From the NCBI GenBank assembly GCA_963825525.1, contig CAWGTN010000002.1, positions 1,088,001 through 1,152,000 on the forward strand: a stretch of 64,000 nt of DNA, given 5' to 3'. This stretch comes from an uncultured Chloroflexia bacterium. GTDB lineage: Bacteria; Chloroflexota; Limnocylindria; QHBO01. The notes under the pieces were generated by a model, which was not told the origin of the DNA, searched no databases, and saw nothing but the letters and a program-made list of their open reading frames with translations. This document shows, piece by piece, positions 18,848 to 28,887 of the stretch (positions within the stretch are counted from its first letter, which is position 1; each line of letters starts with the position of its first letter). A program made the translations under genes and the position numbers.

Positions 18848-20395
18848 TCAGTGGTCCGGTGTCGGCCGCTCCGGATCGGCGGCTGCGGGTGACAGAAACG
18901 CGTCCATTGCCCGCCGGATCTGGTGGTCGGGGTCGAAGGAACGGCTGGCGCTGACGATACGGCGCCTGACCTCGAGCGGATCCGCGTCGTCCTCCTCCTC
19001 GTTGCGGGACGGCGGCGGAGCATCAGCCACCACGACTGGCCCCAGCTCCACGGCCACGGAACGGTCCGCCATCGCAGCGGCGGCCGGCTCAGGCTCCTCC
19101 TCCGGCGCCGCTGCGGCGACCGGGAGCGGCTGCGCGCTCTCGGCGACCACGGTGGCCGCCACGGGACCTGAACGGCGAGCCAGCAGGGCCGGGCGAGGCC
19201 GCGGGTTTCCGCTGATCTGGTTCTTCCCCTGCCGCTTCGCCTGGTACATCGCGCGATCGGCGGCGGCCATGAGGTCCTCGGCCGAGAGCCCGTCTTCCGG
19301 ATGTGACACGAGCCCGATGCTGACGCTGGTGATCGGCTCGGGTCCGGCCATCGCCATGCCGACTTCCTCGGCCCCGCCACGGATCTTCTCGGCGACCACG
19401 AAGGCACCGACGATGTCGGTTTCGGGAAGGAGCACGACAAATTCGTCACCCCCATAGCGGTACGCGCTGTCCACGGTCCGAATCGACGTGCGAATCACCC
19501 CACCGACCGCCCGAAGAACCTCGTCGCCCCGGAGGTGGCCACCGCTGTCGTTGATGGCCTTGAGGCCGTCAAGGTCGATCATCAGGACGCAGAATCCGCG
19601 GTCGCTGCGGCGCGTACGGCTCACCTCCTGCTCGAGGGTCACGAACAGCTGCGCGCGGTTGAACAGACTCGTGAGCGGGTCCGTGCGAGCCTGCTGGATG
19701 GCTCGCGCCATGGCGCGTCGCTGATGTCCGGCGTAGGCGACTGCGACGAACGCCAGCAGCCACGTTGCGCCGAGCCCGATCGAGAGCCGGAGCGAGTCCT
19801 CCGCGCCATACGTCGTCAGCTGGGGATCGAACGCTAGGACCGCGCCGAAGGCCAGCGTTGCGAGGGCGGCTGCCGTGACGCCCGCACGCGGACCGTACGC
19901 CAGCGCAGCCGCCACCGACACGAGTGCGAACAACATCGCGAACGGCGAGGACGCGAACCCGGTGAGTGCCAGCAGACCGCCGATGAGCGCGACGGCGGCG
20001 ACGATCTCCGCGAAACGAAGAAGTCGCGAGTCGGCGCTCGCGCCGAGCAGCTCGTGGAAGATCACGACGGTCACCACGGCCGCGGCGCCCAGGAGGAAGA
20101 TCGGTGCCTGATCGGCAGCGAAGGATCCGCTGATCCCCACGCCCAGCAGGACGATGGCGATCGTCAACCACCACACGACACGCAGCGTCGAGGCCGGCGC
20201 GCGGCCCTCGCCGGTGGCCGTCGTTGGCTGGAGGGCTGCGGCCGAACGGTTCGAGGCGTCACTCATGTGGAGCTCATGCTCGCCACCGGGAACGCGACGG
20301 CCCGCCAGCATGACCCCGACCAGCAGGAGCCCGGCCAGGAGCGCGGTGAGGGCGATGATGGTCTGCTCTGGTGGCACGGGAGCTGGCTTCCCCAC
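18848..20395 (-). CDS. Membrane-bound diguanylate cyclase (GGDEF)
   Basis: Multiple TM helices; TDPLTSLFNR, IDLDGLKAIND, RTVD (RxxD I-site) followed by RYGGDEF. Confidence 0.92.
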   Translation of the reverse strand: MGKPAPVPPEQTIIALTALLAGLLLVGVMLAGRRVPGGEHELHMSDASNRSAAALQPTTATGEGRAPASTLRVVWWLTIAIVLLGVGISGSFAADQAPIFLLGAAAVVTVVIFHELLGASADSRLLRFAEIVAAVALIGGLLALTGFASSPFAMLFALVSVAAALAYGPRAGVTAAALATLAFGAVLAFDPQLTTYGAEDSLRLSIGLGATWLLAFVAVAYAGHQRRAMARAIQQARTDPLTSLFNRAQLFVTLEQEVSRTRRSDRGFCVLMIDLDGLKAINDSGGHLRGDEVLRAVGGVIRTSIRTVDSAYRYGGDEFVVLLPETDIVGAFVVAEKIRGGAEEVGMAMAGPEPITSVSIGLVSHPEDGLSAEDLMAAADRAMYQAKRQGKNQISGNPRPRPALLARRSGPVAATVVAESAQPLPVAAAAPEEEPEPAAAAMADRSVAVELGPVVVADAPPPSRNEEEDDADPLEVRRRIVSASRSFDPDHQIRRAMDAFLSPAAADPERPTPDH

Positions 20396-20634
20396 TTTCG
20401 CCTGTGTAACCGACGTGCGTCGGCCGGGTCAGTATGGGACGCGGCAGGCGGATGGCGCAAACGTACTAACCCATCCGTACTACCCAGTCGTGGACCGGAC
20501 GCACCACTTGCAGGCGACGCAGGAGGGCGTCGGGGAAGCGCCGCGCCGCGACCGCGCAATTCACGTACCCTGACGAGGCGCGGTCAACGTGGCCGTGCAC
20601 CTCCAAGACGCGTTGCACCAGGGTTGCCGCACAC

Positions 20635-22140
20635 ATGAAATTCGAGGGCACGGCGCTGCGGACGCCGATGACGCGGGACCTCGTCGCCCCGCTCATGGTG
20701 GGGGCGCTCGCACTTCTCCTGCTCGTCGGGGCGGTCATCGCCGCCCGATCTTCGGCGATCGCGTTCGGTGCGTTCGGTGCCGGACTCATCCTTCTGGCTG
20801 CGTACGCCGCTTCGCGGTGGCCGCGCGCCAGCCTGGTCATCGTGGTCCTGAGCCCGCTCGTCGATCGCTACATCGTGGCGGACATCCTGCCCCCGACGCT
20901 CGAGACGGTCGCCCATCTCCTGTCCGAGGTCCTGCTCCTCGCCGTCGGGCTGGTGATCGTGGTGAGGGCATGGCTTGATGGACGCCTGACGCAGGCATTC
21001 CGCCACCCGGTCACGGTCGCGCTGGTGGCATTCACCCTGATCGCGCTGGCTGCGGCCGTCCTCAACGGCGTGCCGCCGCGCATCGCCGCCCTGGGCCTGC
21101 TCTTCACGCTGGATGCCACCGTTCTGTTCTTCCTGCCGCGGCTCGTGGGCTTTTCGCTTCGGCAGTCGACGTATGCGATCGGCGCGATGCTCGCGATCGT
21201 CACGGGTTCGGCCGTGCTCGCGATCGGCCAGGCGCTCCTGTCGCCGCGAATTCTCGGGCTCGAGCCATCGCGCGGCCGGTTCGGCGAGGTGGCACGGCTG
21301 GCGTCGATCTTCGGCGATCCGAACGTGTTCGGCGCATTCCTGGTGGTCGCGGCGCCGTTCGCGCTCTTCATGGCAACGCATCTGCCGACGCCACGCCTGC
21401 GACGCGTGGCGCTCGGGATTGCGTTCATTCTCGTTCTTGCCCTCTGGCTGAGCTACTCCCGTGGCGCATGGATCGCCATCGTCCTCGGGGTCGGAGTGGC
21501 ACTGGCACTCATCGATCGGCGCACGCTGCTCCTTGGCCTGCTGGTCGCCGTCGTCAGCTTCGGGACCGCGGCGGTCATGCCGCGCAACCTCCTGGTACCG
21601 CGGGGCAATGGCGAAGAGCCGGCGCTCATCGATTCCACCATCGACCGCGTCGGTGCCATCGGGCTCGGTGGCGATCTGCGCACCCTGTTCATCATCAACG
21701 CCATCCCGATCGTTCGCGACCACCCGCTGCTCGGCGTTGGCCCCGGTCGGTATGGCGGGGCGGTGGCCGGCAACCACGGGACGCCGATCTACGACATCTA
21801 CGGGACGAACCGCCTGTTCTGGAACCCGCTCCAGCTCACTGTCGACAACTTCTGGCTCCACATCCTGGTCGAGGTGGGGATCCTCGGCTTTGCCGCGTTG
21901 CTCGCGGCCGTCCTGATCCCCGGCATCAGGATCCTGCGCGCAGCGCGGCATGCCACGGGCTGGCGCCGAATCATGCTGGGCGGCACGGCGGCCGCGGCGG
22001 CCGGGGTTGCGGTCAGCTCACTGACCACGATGCTGCTGGAAGCGAACAGCATCGGCTTCCTGTTCTGGTTCCTCCTGGGGGTCGGCAGCCTGGTGGCAGC
22101 GGCCGCCGCGCCCGGCCGCGACGTCCCTCAGTCGAGCTGA
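20635..22140 (+). CDS. O-antigen ligase/Wzy_C family membrane protein (polymerase, ligase or O-oligosaccharyltransferase)
   Basis: About 12 TM helices; RLASIFGDPNVFG, SYSRGAW, HPLLGVGPG, DNFWLHILVEVGILG. Confidence 0.85.
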   Translation: MKFEGTALRTPMTRDLVAPLMVGALALLLLVGAVIAARSSAIAFGAFGAGLILLAAYAASRWPRASLVIVVLSPLVDRYIVADILPPTLETVAHLLSEVLLLAVGLVIVVRAWLDGRLTQAFRHPVTVALVAFTLIALAAAVLNGVPPRIAALGLLFTLDATVLFFLPRLVGFSLRQSTYAIGAMLAIVTGSAVLAIGQALLSPRILGLEPSRGRFGEVARLASIFGDPNVFGAFLVVAAPFALFMATHLPTPRLRRVALGIAFILVLALWLSYSRGAWIAIVLGVGVALALIDRRTLLLGLLVAVVSFGTAAVMPRNLLVPRGNGEEPALIDSTIDRVGAIGLGGDLRTLFIINAIPIVRDHPLLGVGPGRYGGAVAGNHGTPIYDIYGTNRLFWNPLQLTVDNFWLHILVEVGILGFAALLAAVLIPGIRILRAARHATGWRRIMLGGTAAAAAGVAVSSLTTMLLEANSIGFLFWFLLGVGSLVAAAAAPGRDVPQSS

Positions 22141-23081
22141 CCCAGCATCACCGCGACCACGGCCAGCCCGGCCGAAACGGCGGTGAGCAGGAGCATCGCG
22201 TCACGCTGGCTCAGGCCCACCCGCAGCAGCTGATGGTGAATGTGGCCGCGATCCGCCACGAAGAAGTGCTCACCGGCTGCCGTCCGACGCACCACGGCCC
22301 AGGCGGTGTCGGCGATCGGCAGGCCCAGTGCGATGATCGGCACCCATGGCGCAACCGGGTTCACGCCGTCCTGCGTGATCGAGATGGCCAGGGCGCCGAT
22401 CACGAAGCCGAGGAACATGGAGCCGGTGTCGCCCATGATGATCGTGGCGGGATGGAGGTTGTAGGCCAGGAACCCGACCGCCGCGCCGATCATGGCGGCG
22501 ATCAGGGGCAGTGTCGGGTCCACGCCGTCCACCGCGGCGAGGAGGCCGAATGCGCCCAGCGCGGTCAGCGCCACACCGGATGCGAGTCCGTCGAGCCCGT
22601 CGATGAGATTCACGGCGTTGATGACGCCCACGATCCAGGCAACGGTGAGCGGAAGCGTGAGAACGCCGACGTTGACCATGTCCCACGGCAGGAAGAGCCA
22701 CTCGATTCTCAGTCCCATCCACCACGCGATGACGGCCGCCGCGACCTGGAACGTCAGCTTGACGAGGGCGCGCATGCCCCTGATGTCGTCGATGACGCCC
22801 ACGACGAGGAGGAGCGATGCGCCGGCCAGGATGGCGGGGGCGCGGTTCGGTCGCAGTCCGCCTACGGCGTCGAGATCGGGCGACAGGAGGATGGCGACTC
22901 CCATCGCGGTGCCGAATGCGATGGCCATGGCGACCCCGCCGAGGCGCGGGATCGGGACGGCGTGAACCTTGCGTCCCCCGGGCTGGTCGAGCCAGCTCCG
23001 TCCATGCGCGAAACCCCGAACGATCGGAGTCGCAAGCAGGGCGACGACGAGAGCCGTGGCAAACGTGAGGGAGATCAGCAT
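22128..23081 (-). CDS. Undecaprenyl-phosphate GlcNAc-1-phosphate transferase (TagO/WecA, MraY-like)
   Basis: RKVHAVPIPRLGG, GVIDD, NAVNLIDGLDGLA, IIMGDTGS, DRGHIHH. Confidence 0.9.
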   Translation of the reverse strand: MLISLTFATALVVALLATPIVRGFAHGRSWLDQPGGRKVHAVPIPRLGGVAMAIAFGTAMGVAILLSPDLDAVGGLRPNRAPAILAGASLLLVVGVIDDIRGMRALVKLTFQVAAAVIAWWMGLRIEWLFLPWDMVNVGVLTLPLTVAWIVGVINAVNLIDGLDGLASGVALTALGAFGLLAAVDGVDPTLPLIAAMIGAAVGFLAYNLHPATIIMGDTGSMFLGFVIGALAISITQDGVNPVAPWVPIIALGLPIADTAWAVVRRTAAGEHFFVADRGHIHHQLLRVGLSQRDAMLLLTAVSAGLAVVAVMLGQLD

Positions 23082-23115
23082 TGGCTGGGCCGATCTTACC
23101 GGGCCGGAGACCGGT

Positions 23116-23192
23116 TGGTCGGGGCGGCCGGATTCGAACCGGCGGCCTCCTGCTCCCAAAGCAGGCGATCTGCCAGACTGATCTACGCCCCG
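23116..23192 (-). tRNA. tRNA-Pro (anticodon UGG)
   Basis: CGGGGCG acceptor stem, anticodon arm CCTGC-TT-TGG-GA-GCAGG, T-loop GGTTCGAATCC, encoded CCA. 77 nt. Confidence 0.95.
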
Positions 23193-23268
23193 ACGTCTGG
23201 CCATCGTACCCGGACAGCGTTCGCCGAGTGCACCGAGGCGCTCCAGCGCGTGGTAGCGTGCTCGATCA

Positions 23269-24492
23269 GTGAGCCGCGTCATCCAGGCCCTCGTGCCGTC
23301 CCGCCTTGGCACGAGCTTCCGATGGCTCCTCGCCTCCACGTGGACGAGCAATCTCGGCGACGGTATCGCGCTCGCCGCCGGTCCACTGCTGGTGGCTTCA
23401 CAGACGGACGATCCCCTGCTGGTCGCGCTCGCCGCGCTGGTCCAGTGGCTCCCGCCACTCCTGTTCGGCCTGGTCGCCGGCGTCCTCTCCGACCGCCTCG
23501 ACCGTCGGCTCCTGGTCGTCACCGTCGACGCCGTCCGCGCCGGCGTTCTCGCCCTGATCGCTGTCTCGATCGTCACCGACACGGTTTCGATCGGACTCGT
23601 GCTGGGGTCACTCTTCGTCCTGGCCACCGCCGAGGTATTCGCCGACAACGCCTCCCAGACGCTGCTGCCGATGCTCGTGCCACGAGAGGATCTCGGCGTG
23701 GCCAACGCCCGACTCCAGACCGGGTTCATCACCGTCAATCAGCTGGCCGGACCGCCGATCGGTGCCGCGCTGTTCGCCACCGGCATGGCCGTGCCGTTCA
23801 TCGGCAATGCGATCCTGGTGGGCATGGCCGGGTTGCTGGTGCTGCGGATCGGGCTCCCCGCCCATGGCCGGACCGGCGACCGGTCGACGCGAATCCGCGA
23901 GGAGATCGCCGAGGGACTCCGTTGGGTCCGGGGACACGCGGCGGTGCGCACCCTGGTCCTCACGATCTTCACGTTCAACATCACGTTCGGCGCCGCGTGG
24001 TCGGTCCTCGTGCTCTACGCGACGGGTCGCCTTGGCCTTGGCGCAGTCGGCTTCGGCCTGATCACGACCGCGATCGCCATCGGCGGCATCCTGGGCACGT
24101 TCTCATACGGCTGGATCACGCGCCGGGTCAGCCTCGGGAACATCATGCGCATCGGCCTGGTGATCGAAACCCTGACTCACCTCGGCCTGGCCGTGACCAG
24201 CAGCGCGCTGGTGGCCATGGGCATCTTCTTCGTCTTCGGGGCGCATGCGTTCGTGTGGGGAACCACGTCCATCACCATCCGTCAGCGGGCGGTGCCGGAT
24301 GCCCTCCAGGGACGAGTTGGCAGCGTCAATACCATCGGCGTCTTCGGCGGCCTGGTCGTCGGATCGGCGATCGGCGGCGTGCTGGCACGGCAATTCGGCA
24401 TCACGGCGCCGTTCTGGTTCGCGTTCCTCGGATCAGCGGTGTTCCTGGTGCTGATCTGGAAGCAGCTCGAGCACATCGCTCACGCCGACTAG
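23269..24492 (+). CDS. MFS transporter (DHA3/MFS_3-like)
   Basis: About 12 TM helices; SNLGDG, GVLSDRLDRRLL motif A, QRAVPDALQGRV. Confidence 0.88.
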   Translation: MSRVIQALVPSRLGTSFRWLLASTWTSNLGDGIALAAGPLLVASQTDDPLLVALAALVQWLPPLLFGLVAGVLSDRLDRRLLVVTVDAVRAGVLALIAVSIVTDTVSIGLVLGSLFVLATAEVFADNASQTLLPMLVPREDLGVANARLQTGFITVNQLAGPPIGAALFATGMAVPFIGNAILVGMAGLLVLRIGLPAHGRTGDRSTRIREEIAEGLRWVRGHAAVRTLVLTIFTFNITFGAAWSVLVLYATGRLGLGAVGFGLITTAIAIGGILGTFSYGWITRRVSLGNIMRIGLVIETLTHLGLAVTSSALVAMGIFFVFGAHAFVWGTTSITIRQRAVPDALQGRVGSVNTIGVFGGLVVGSAIGGVLARQFGITAPFWFAFLGSAVFLVLIWKQLEHIAHAD

Positions 24493-24504
24493 CGCGCGCC
24501 GCTC

Positions 24505-27366
24505 CTACGGCCACAGCGCCCGGATCTGGGTGCGCACGGCCTCCCGAACGATCGACGTGCCACCCACGATGATCACGCTGGTGGGATCAAGACGCCGAAG
24601 CTCGGCTGCCACGCTGGCGGGCAACGCCGTGGATGGGACGAGCAGCAGCGGAGCCCCGTGCCGCCCGGCCACCGGCCCGGTGGCAAGGCCATCCGGGAAC
24701 GAGTTCCCGGCGGCGACGTAGACCTTCCCCACGCTGTTCGGCGCGAATCCCGCCACGCTCAACTTCACGGCCGTCTCATAGCGGTCCGAGCCCGAGATGC
24801 GGGTGACGGTCGCGGCATGGGCCTTGAGCTGCTGCGCGACGCTGTCGGAGATCATCCCGGTCCCGCCCATCACGATGATCTGATCGGGCGCCAGTCGGCT
24901 GAGTTCGGCTGCCGTGGCGGATGGGACGCTGGTCTGCTTGACGAGAAGGATCGGCGCCTGGGCACGCGCGGCGGCGGCCCCGGCCGCCAGCGCATCGGGG
25001 AAGTTGGCCCCCGTCGCGACATAGACGACCGACGCGCCGGGCGCGAAGGCAGATGCGCTGATCGCCGCCGCGGTGGCATAGCGATCCGAGCCTGCCAGCC
25101 GTGTCACGTCACCCGTGGTGAATGCCTCCAGCTGTGAGGCGACACTGCTCGCCACGGAGCCGGTGCCACCAAGGATCACGATGCGCCCCGGCTTGAGGCG
25201 CGACAGCTCGTTCGCGGTGGCGCCAGGCAGCGACGTCCGGCTGGTGAGCAGCAGCGGGCCGCCACTCACGCGTGCCGCCGGCCCGCCGGCCAGGGCATCC
25301 GGATACGAGGCTCCGGTGGCGATGAATGCAACCGGCACTCCGGGCCCGTACGCCAGCTTGCTCACGGAGGCCGCGGTCGCGTACCGATCCGCCCCGGCGA
25401 CGCGCGGCGCGCTCTTGCCGGTGGTGAAGCTCCACGATGCCGGGGCCAACAGGTTTCCGGCCGAATCCTTGATCCCGGAGGTCAGCGTTGCGGTGTACGA
25501 CTGCTCGGCAGCGAGCGGGGCAGATGGCGTCAGGGTGGCCCGGCGAGCCGATGACGAGTAGGTGACCGTTGCGGGGATGACCTTGGCGGATGCGTCCTTG
25601 AGCACAAAGCTGCTGCTGCTGACCCCGACCACGGCCTCGTCGAAGGTGGCCGTCAGTGGCCCGTCGTAGCTGACCGAGGTCGCCGCCGGTGCCGGGCTGC
25701 GGCCGGAGAGCTTCGGGGCCACGTTGTCGAGGAACGTCGGCGTGATCGAATAGGCGCTCCGGCTGCCGTTGGCGTAGAAGTTCAGGACGCGAACGACGAT
25801 CTTGGTCGAACCGGTGACCGAGACGGAGGCGAGCTCGGTGCCGCCCTCGTACTGGGCATCGACCCGCTTCAGCAGCTGCCCGGCGGCCGTGTAGAGCTCG
25901 ACGATCGGGTCGATCGGCAGCGAACTGCGATTCCACGGGTAGTTACGAGTATCGACGACGCCGGTCACCCGAACATCGAGGCGACCCGAGCGCGGAACCT
26001 GCACCGAGAAGTAGTCCACGTCACCGGCGGGGTAGATCGACGGTCGTGTCGTGGTGCCGAGCGCGAGGGCCTTGGCCGATGACAGTGCGTTGTTCGACTC
26101 GAGCGCGTCACCGCCGGCGACCGACGGTGCGCCGACGCTGCCGCCAAGGGCCCGATACGCGTTGACTCGACCCCGACCGTATCGCACGTCATACCCGCCA
26201 TATCCGAGGTCATCGACCGTGGCGATGAGGCGGCTGACAACCTGTGACGGCGTATAGCTCGGGTACCGCGCCCGGATGAGCGCAATGACGCCGGCCACGT
26301 TCGGCGTGGCGAAGCTGGTGCCGCTGATGTAGGTGTGGTCGCCCCAGGTGTCGTGGCCGCCGTAGGTGCAGACGGTGCAGTTCGTGGTCTGGACCGACGC
26401 GCCGGGGGCGCTGACATCGACCTTGGGACCGAAGCTCGACCAGTGGGCGAACTCGTCGTCCACCTGGGTGGCGCTGACGCTCACGACGTTGGTGAAGGCC
26501 GCCGGGTAGAAGTCCTCCTGCCGCCCGTTGTTCCCCGCGGCGCCGACCAGGACCACGCCCTTGTTCCACGCGTAGTTCACGGCATCCTGGACATACGAGG
26601 TGGCGGGGAACCCACCGACGCTCATGTTGATGACGGTTGCGCCGTGATCGGCGGCCCAGATGATGCCGGCCGTGAGGTCTGATGTGTCGCCGGTTCCCTC
26701 GCGGCTCATGATCTTGACCGGCAGGATCTTGTCGGACCAGCTGATGCCCGCGATGCCATAGCCGTCATTGGGCTTTGCGCCGATGATGCCCGCCACCCAC
26801 GTTCCGTGTCCGTTGTCATCGGCGGCATTCGAGTCGGTGTTCACGAAGTCATAGCCCGGGAGCACACGACCGGCGAGGTCGGGATGGTTGGCCTGGACGC
26901 CAGTGTCGAGCACCGCGACCACGCCGGTGCCGCCCTTGGACAATGACCACGCGTCGCGCACGCGCATGCGGTCGAGTGAGTACTGGCCGGCGGTCTTCGG
27001 ATCGTTGACGCTCACGGCGGCCACCGCGCCCTCGTCGGCAAGGTGCACGACGTAGTTCGGCTCGGCGTAGGCCACGGCCGGATCGGAGCGCAGCTCGGCG
27101 AGGACCTCGCCCACCGGACGGCCCTGTGTGGAGACCACCTCCGGCAACGACGGATCCTCCGGCCCCAGGTCGGCCTGGATCGACAGGCCGCGGATGCGGG
27201 CCACCTCCGGACCGCGGGCCGGGTCACGCCACTTGACGATCACCTCGCCGGGGACGATCTCGCCCGCCTCAGGGGTCGTGGGAGGCGGCGGTTCGTCGGC
27301 AGCCGCCGGCGCGGCGGTGCTCAGCAGAAAGGTGACGGCGAGGAGGGTCGAGATGGCTCGGGACAC
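24505..27366 (-). CDS. Secreted S8 subtilisin-like protease + PPC-like + Ig-like (Big_5) + 3x CWB2 cell-wall-binding repeats
   Basis: Signal peptide ending APAAA-DE; triad motifs VAVLDTG, NGHGT, SGTSFATP; three RxAGxDRYxTA...FPDAL...P(I/L)LL...I(I/V)xGG repeats at about 24508-25405. Confidence 0.9.
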   Translation of the reverse strand: MSRAISTLLAVTFLLSTAAPAAADEPPPPTTPEAGEIVPGEVIVKWRDPARGPEVARIRGLSIQADLGPEDPSLPEVVSTQGRPVGEVLAELRSDPAVAYAEPNYVVHLADEGAVAAVSVNDPKTAGQYSLDRMRVRDAWSLSKGGTGVVAVLDTGVQANHPDLAGRVLPGYDFVNTDSNAADDNGHGTWVAGIIGAKPNDGYGIAGISWSDKILPVKIMSREGTGDTSDLTAGIIWAADHGATVINMSVGGFPATSYVQDAVNYAWNKGVVLVGAAGNNGRQEDFYPAAFTNVVSVSATQVDDEFAHWSSFGPKVDVSAPGASVQTTNCTVCTYGGHDTWGDHTYISGTSFATPNVAGVIALIRARYPSYTPSQVVSRLIATVDDLGYGGYDVRYGRGRVNAYRALGGSVGAPSVAGGDALESNNALSSAKALALGTTTRPSIYPAGDVDYFSVQVPRSGRLDVRVTGVVDTRNYPWNRSSLPIDPIVELYTAAGQLLKRVDAQYEGGTELASVSVTGSTKIVVRVLNFYANGSRSAYSITPTFLDNVAPKLSGRSPAPAATSVSYDGPLTATFDEAVVGVSSSSFVLKDASAKVIPATVTYSSSARRATLTPSAPLAAEQSYTATLTSGIKDSAGNLLAPASWSFTTGKSAPRVAGADRYATAASVSKLAYGPGVPVAFIATGASYPDALAGGPAARVSGGPLLLTSRTSLPGATANELSRLKPGRIVILGGTGSVASSVASQLEAFTTGDVTRLAGSDRYATAAAISASAFAPGASVVYVATGANFPDALAAGAAAARAQAPILLVKQTSVPSATAAELSRLAPDQIIVMGGTGMISDSVAQQLKAHAATVTRISGSDRYETAVKLSVAGFAPNSVGKVYVAAGNSFPDGLATGPVAGRHGAPLLLVPSTALPASVAAELRRLDPTSVIIVGGTSIVREAVRTQIRALWP

Positions 27367-27518
27367 GCGAGGTGGACTCCGGTGTGGTTCGCTGGGCTGG
27401 GCATCATCCGCTGCGTGCCCGGCGTGATGGGAGAACGGTACGCGCGCCGAACGGGGGGGACGACCGGACGATGGTCGCGGCATCGACCCGGACCGATGGG
27501 CCACGCGGTGTGCCGAGC

Positions 27519-28112
27519 CTACTCCGGGTCGCCCTCGAGGATTGCGGTGATGTGATCGAGCGCGGCGGCCACCGCGCGCCCGCGATGGCTGATCCGATCC
27601 TTGTCGCCTTCGGGGAGCTGGGCCGTGGTGAGGCCGCCGGGCAGCTCGAACACGGGGTCGTACCCGAAACCGCCGCCTCCGCGGGCATGCCGCGCAATTG
27701 CGCCATCGATGGTTCCGGTGAAGACCTCGACCACCGGCTGATCGTCGACGATTCGCGCCACGGCCAGCGCGCAGATCATCCGTGCGCGTCGGTCGTCGGC
27801 ATCGCCGAGTGCCTCGAGAATTCGATCGGCGTTCCGGCCCTGGCCCCAGCGGGCGCTCCTGACTCCGGGGCCCCAGCCGAGCGCCGCGACCTCGATGCCC
27901 GAGTCGTCGGCCACCGTGAGCAGGCCGGAGGCGGACGCGTAGGCCATGGCCTTGGCCGTGGCATTCTCGGCGTACGTCTCGAATGGCTCATCCACATCGA
28001 GGTCCACGTCGACCTCGTCCGGGGTCACGATCTCACCCGGCACGGAAGCGAGCAGGCGCCGGAACTCGACCTGCTTTCCCGAATTCGTCGTGGCGATCAG
28101 CAGACGGCTCAC
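27519..28112 (-). CDS. rdgB: Non-canonical purine NTP pyrophosphatase (RdgB/HAM1)
   Basis: [46 protein letters not shown]. Coupled to rph. Confidence 0.92.
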   Translation of the reverse strand: MSRLLIATTNSGKQVEFRRLLASVPGEIVTPDEVDVDLDVDEPFETYAENATAKAMAYASASGLLTVADDSGIEVAALGWGPGVRSARWGQGRNADRILEALGDADDRRARMICALAVARIVDDQPVVEVFTGTIDGAIARHARGGGGFGYDPVFELPGGLTTAQLPEGDKDRISHRGRAVAAALDHITAILEGDPE

Positions 28113-28855
28113 TCGCCGGGCGGTGCCTCGATGGCCGTGCGTTGGATCGTGAACAGCTGGCGGATGCCGGCGGCGGCGAGGTCGACCATCTGATCAAGCT
28201 GCTGCCGGGTGAAGGCACCGTGCTCGGCGGTGCCCTGCACTTCGATCAGCCGATCGTCATCGGTCATGACAACGTTGAAATCCACCTCCGCGGTGGAGTC
28301 CTCCGAGTAGTCGAGGTCGAGGTGTGGCACGGCCCTCACGATGCCCACGCTGACCGCTGCCACCTGCCCGGTCAACAGGTGAGCCATGCCGTACTTGTGC
28401 AGGGCGCGGGCGAGCGCGACGTACGCGCCGGTGATGCTGGCGGTCCGCGTTCCGCCATCGGCCTGGATCACATCGCAGTCGAGGGTGATCGTCCGTTCGC
28501 CTAGCTTCCCCATGTCGATCACGCCTCGAAGCGAGCGGCCGATGAGGCGCTGGATCTCGTGCGTTCGACCCCCGATCGAGCCGCGGGCCGCCTCGCGTTG
28601 GCTGCGTTCGGTGCCCGCGCGAGGGAGCATGCTGTACTCGGCGGTGACCCAGCCGCGGCCCTTGCCGCGCATCCAGCCGGGTACCCGATCCTCGATCGTC
28701 GCCGCGCAGATGACGCGCGTGTCACCAACCCGGATGAGCACCGACCCTTCGGCGAACTTCAGGTAGTCGGGGACGATCTTGATCGGCCGCAGCTGGTTCG
28801 GTACGCGCCCGTCGTTGCGTCGTGCGGTGCCGGCCGGCGGAGTGGTGGTGGTCAT
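28109..28855 (-). CDS. rph: Ribonuclease PH
   Basis: [51 protein letters not shown]. Confidence 0.95.
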   Translation of the reverse strand: MTTTTPPAGTARRNDGRVPNQLRPIKIVPDYLKFAEGSVLIRVGDTRVICAATIEDRVPGWMRGKGRGWVTAEYSMLPRAGTERSQREAARGSIGGRTHEIQRLIGRSLRGVIDMGKLGERTITLDCDVIQADGGTRTASITGAYVALARALHKYGMAHLLTGQVAAVSVGIVRAVPHLDLDYSEDSTAEVDFNVVMTDDDRLIEVQGTAEHGAFTRQQLDQMVDLAAAGIRQLFTIQRTAIEAPPGE

Positions 28856-28887
28856 TGGCTGCCGATTCTACCCGGCAGCCGCGTCGC

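Noticed and set aside
23081-24492. tRNA-Pro as an integration site of a genomic island
   Set aside because: No integrase and no duplicated tRNA 3' end noticed; no obvious compositional shift; flanks contain core genes.
21468-24572. 1034-aa Arg/Pro-rich ORF and similar long shadow ORFs (e.g. 12520-14301, 31492-33549, 37962-40049, 45058-47055)
   Set aside because: Alternative or antisense frames of well-supported genes. Stop codons are scarce in high-GC DNA and these ORFs have no recognisable motifs.
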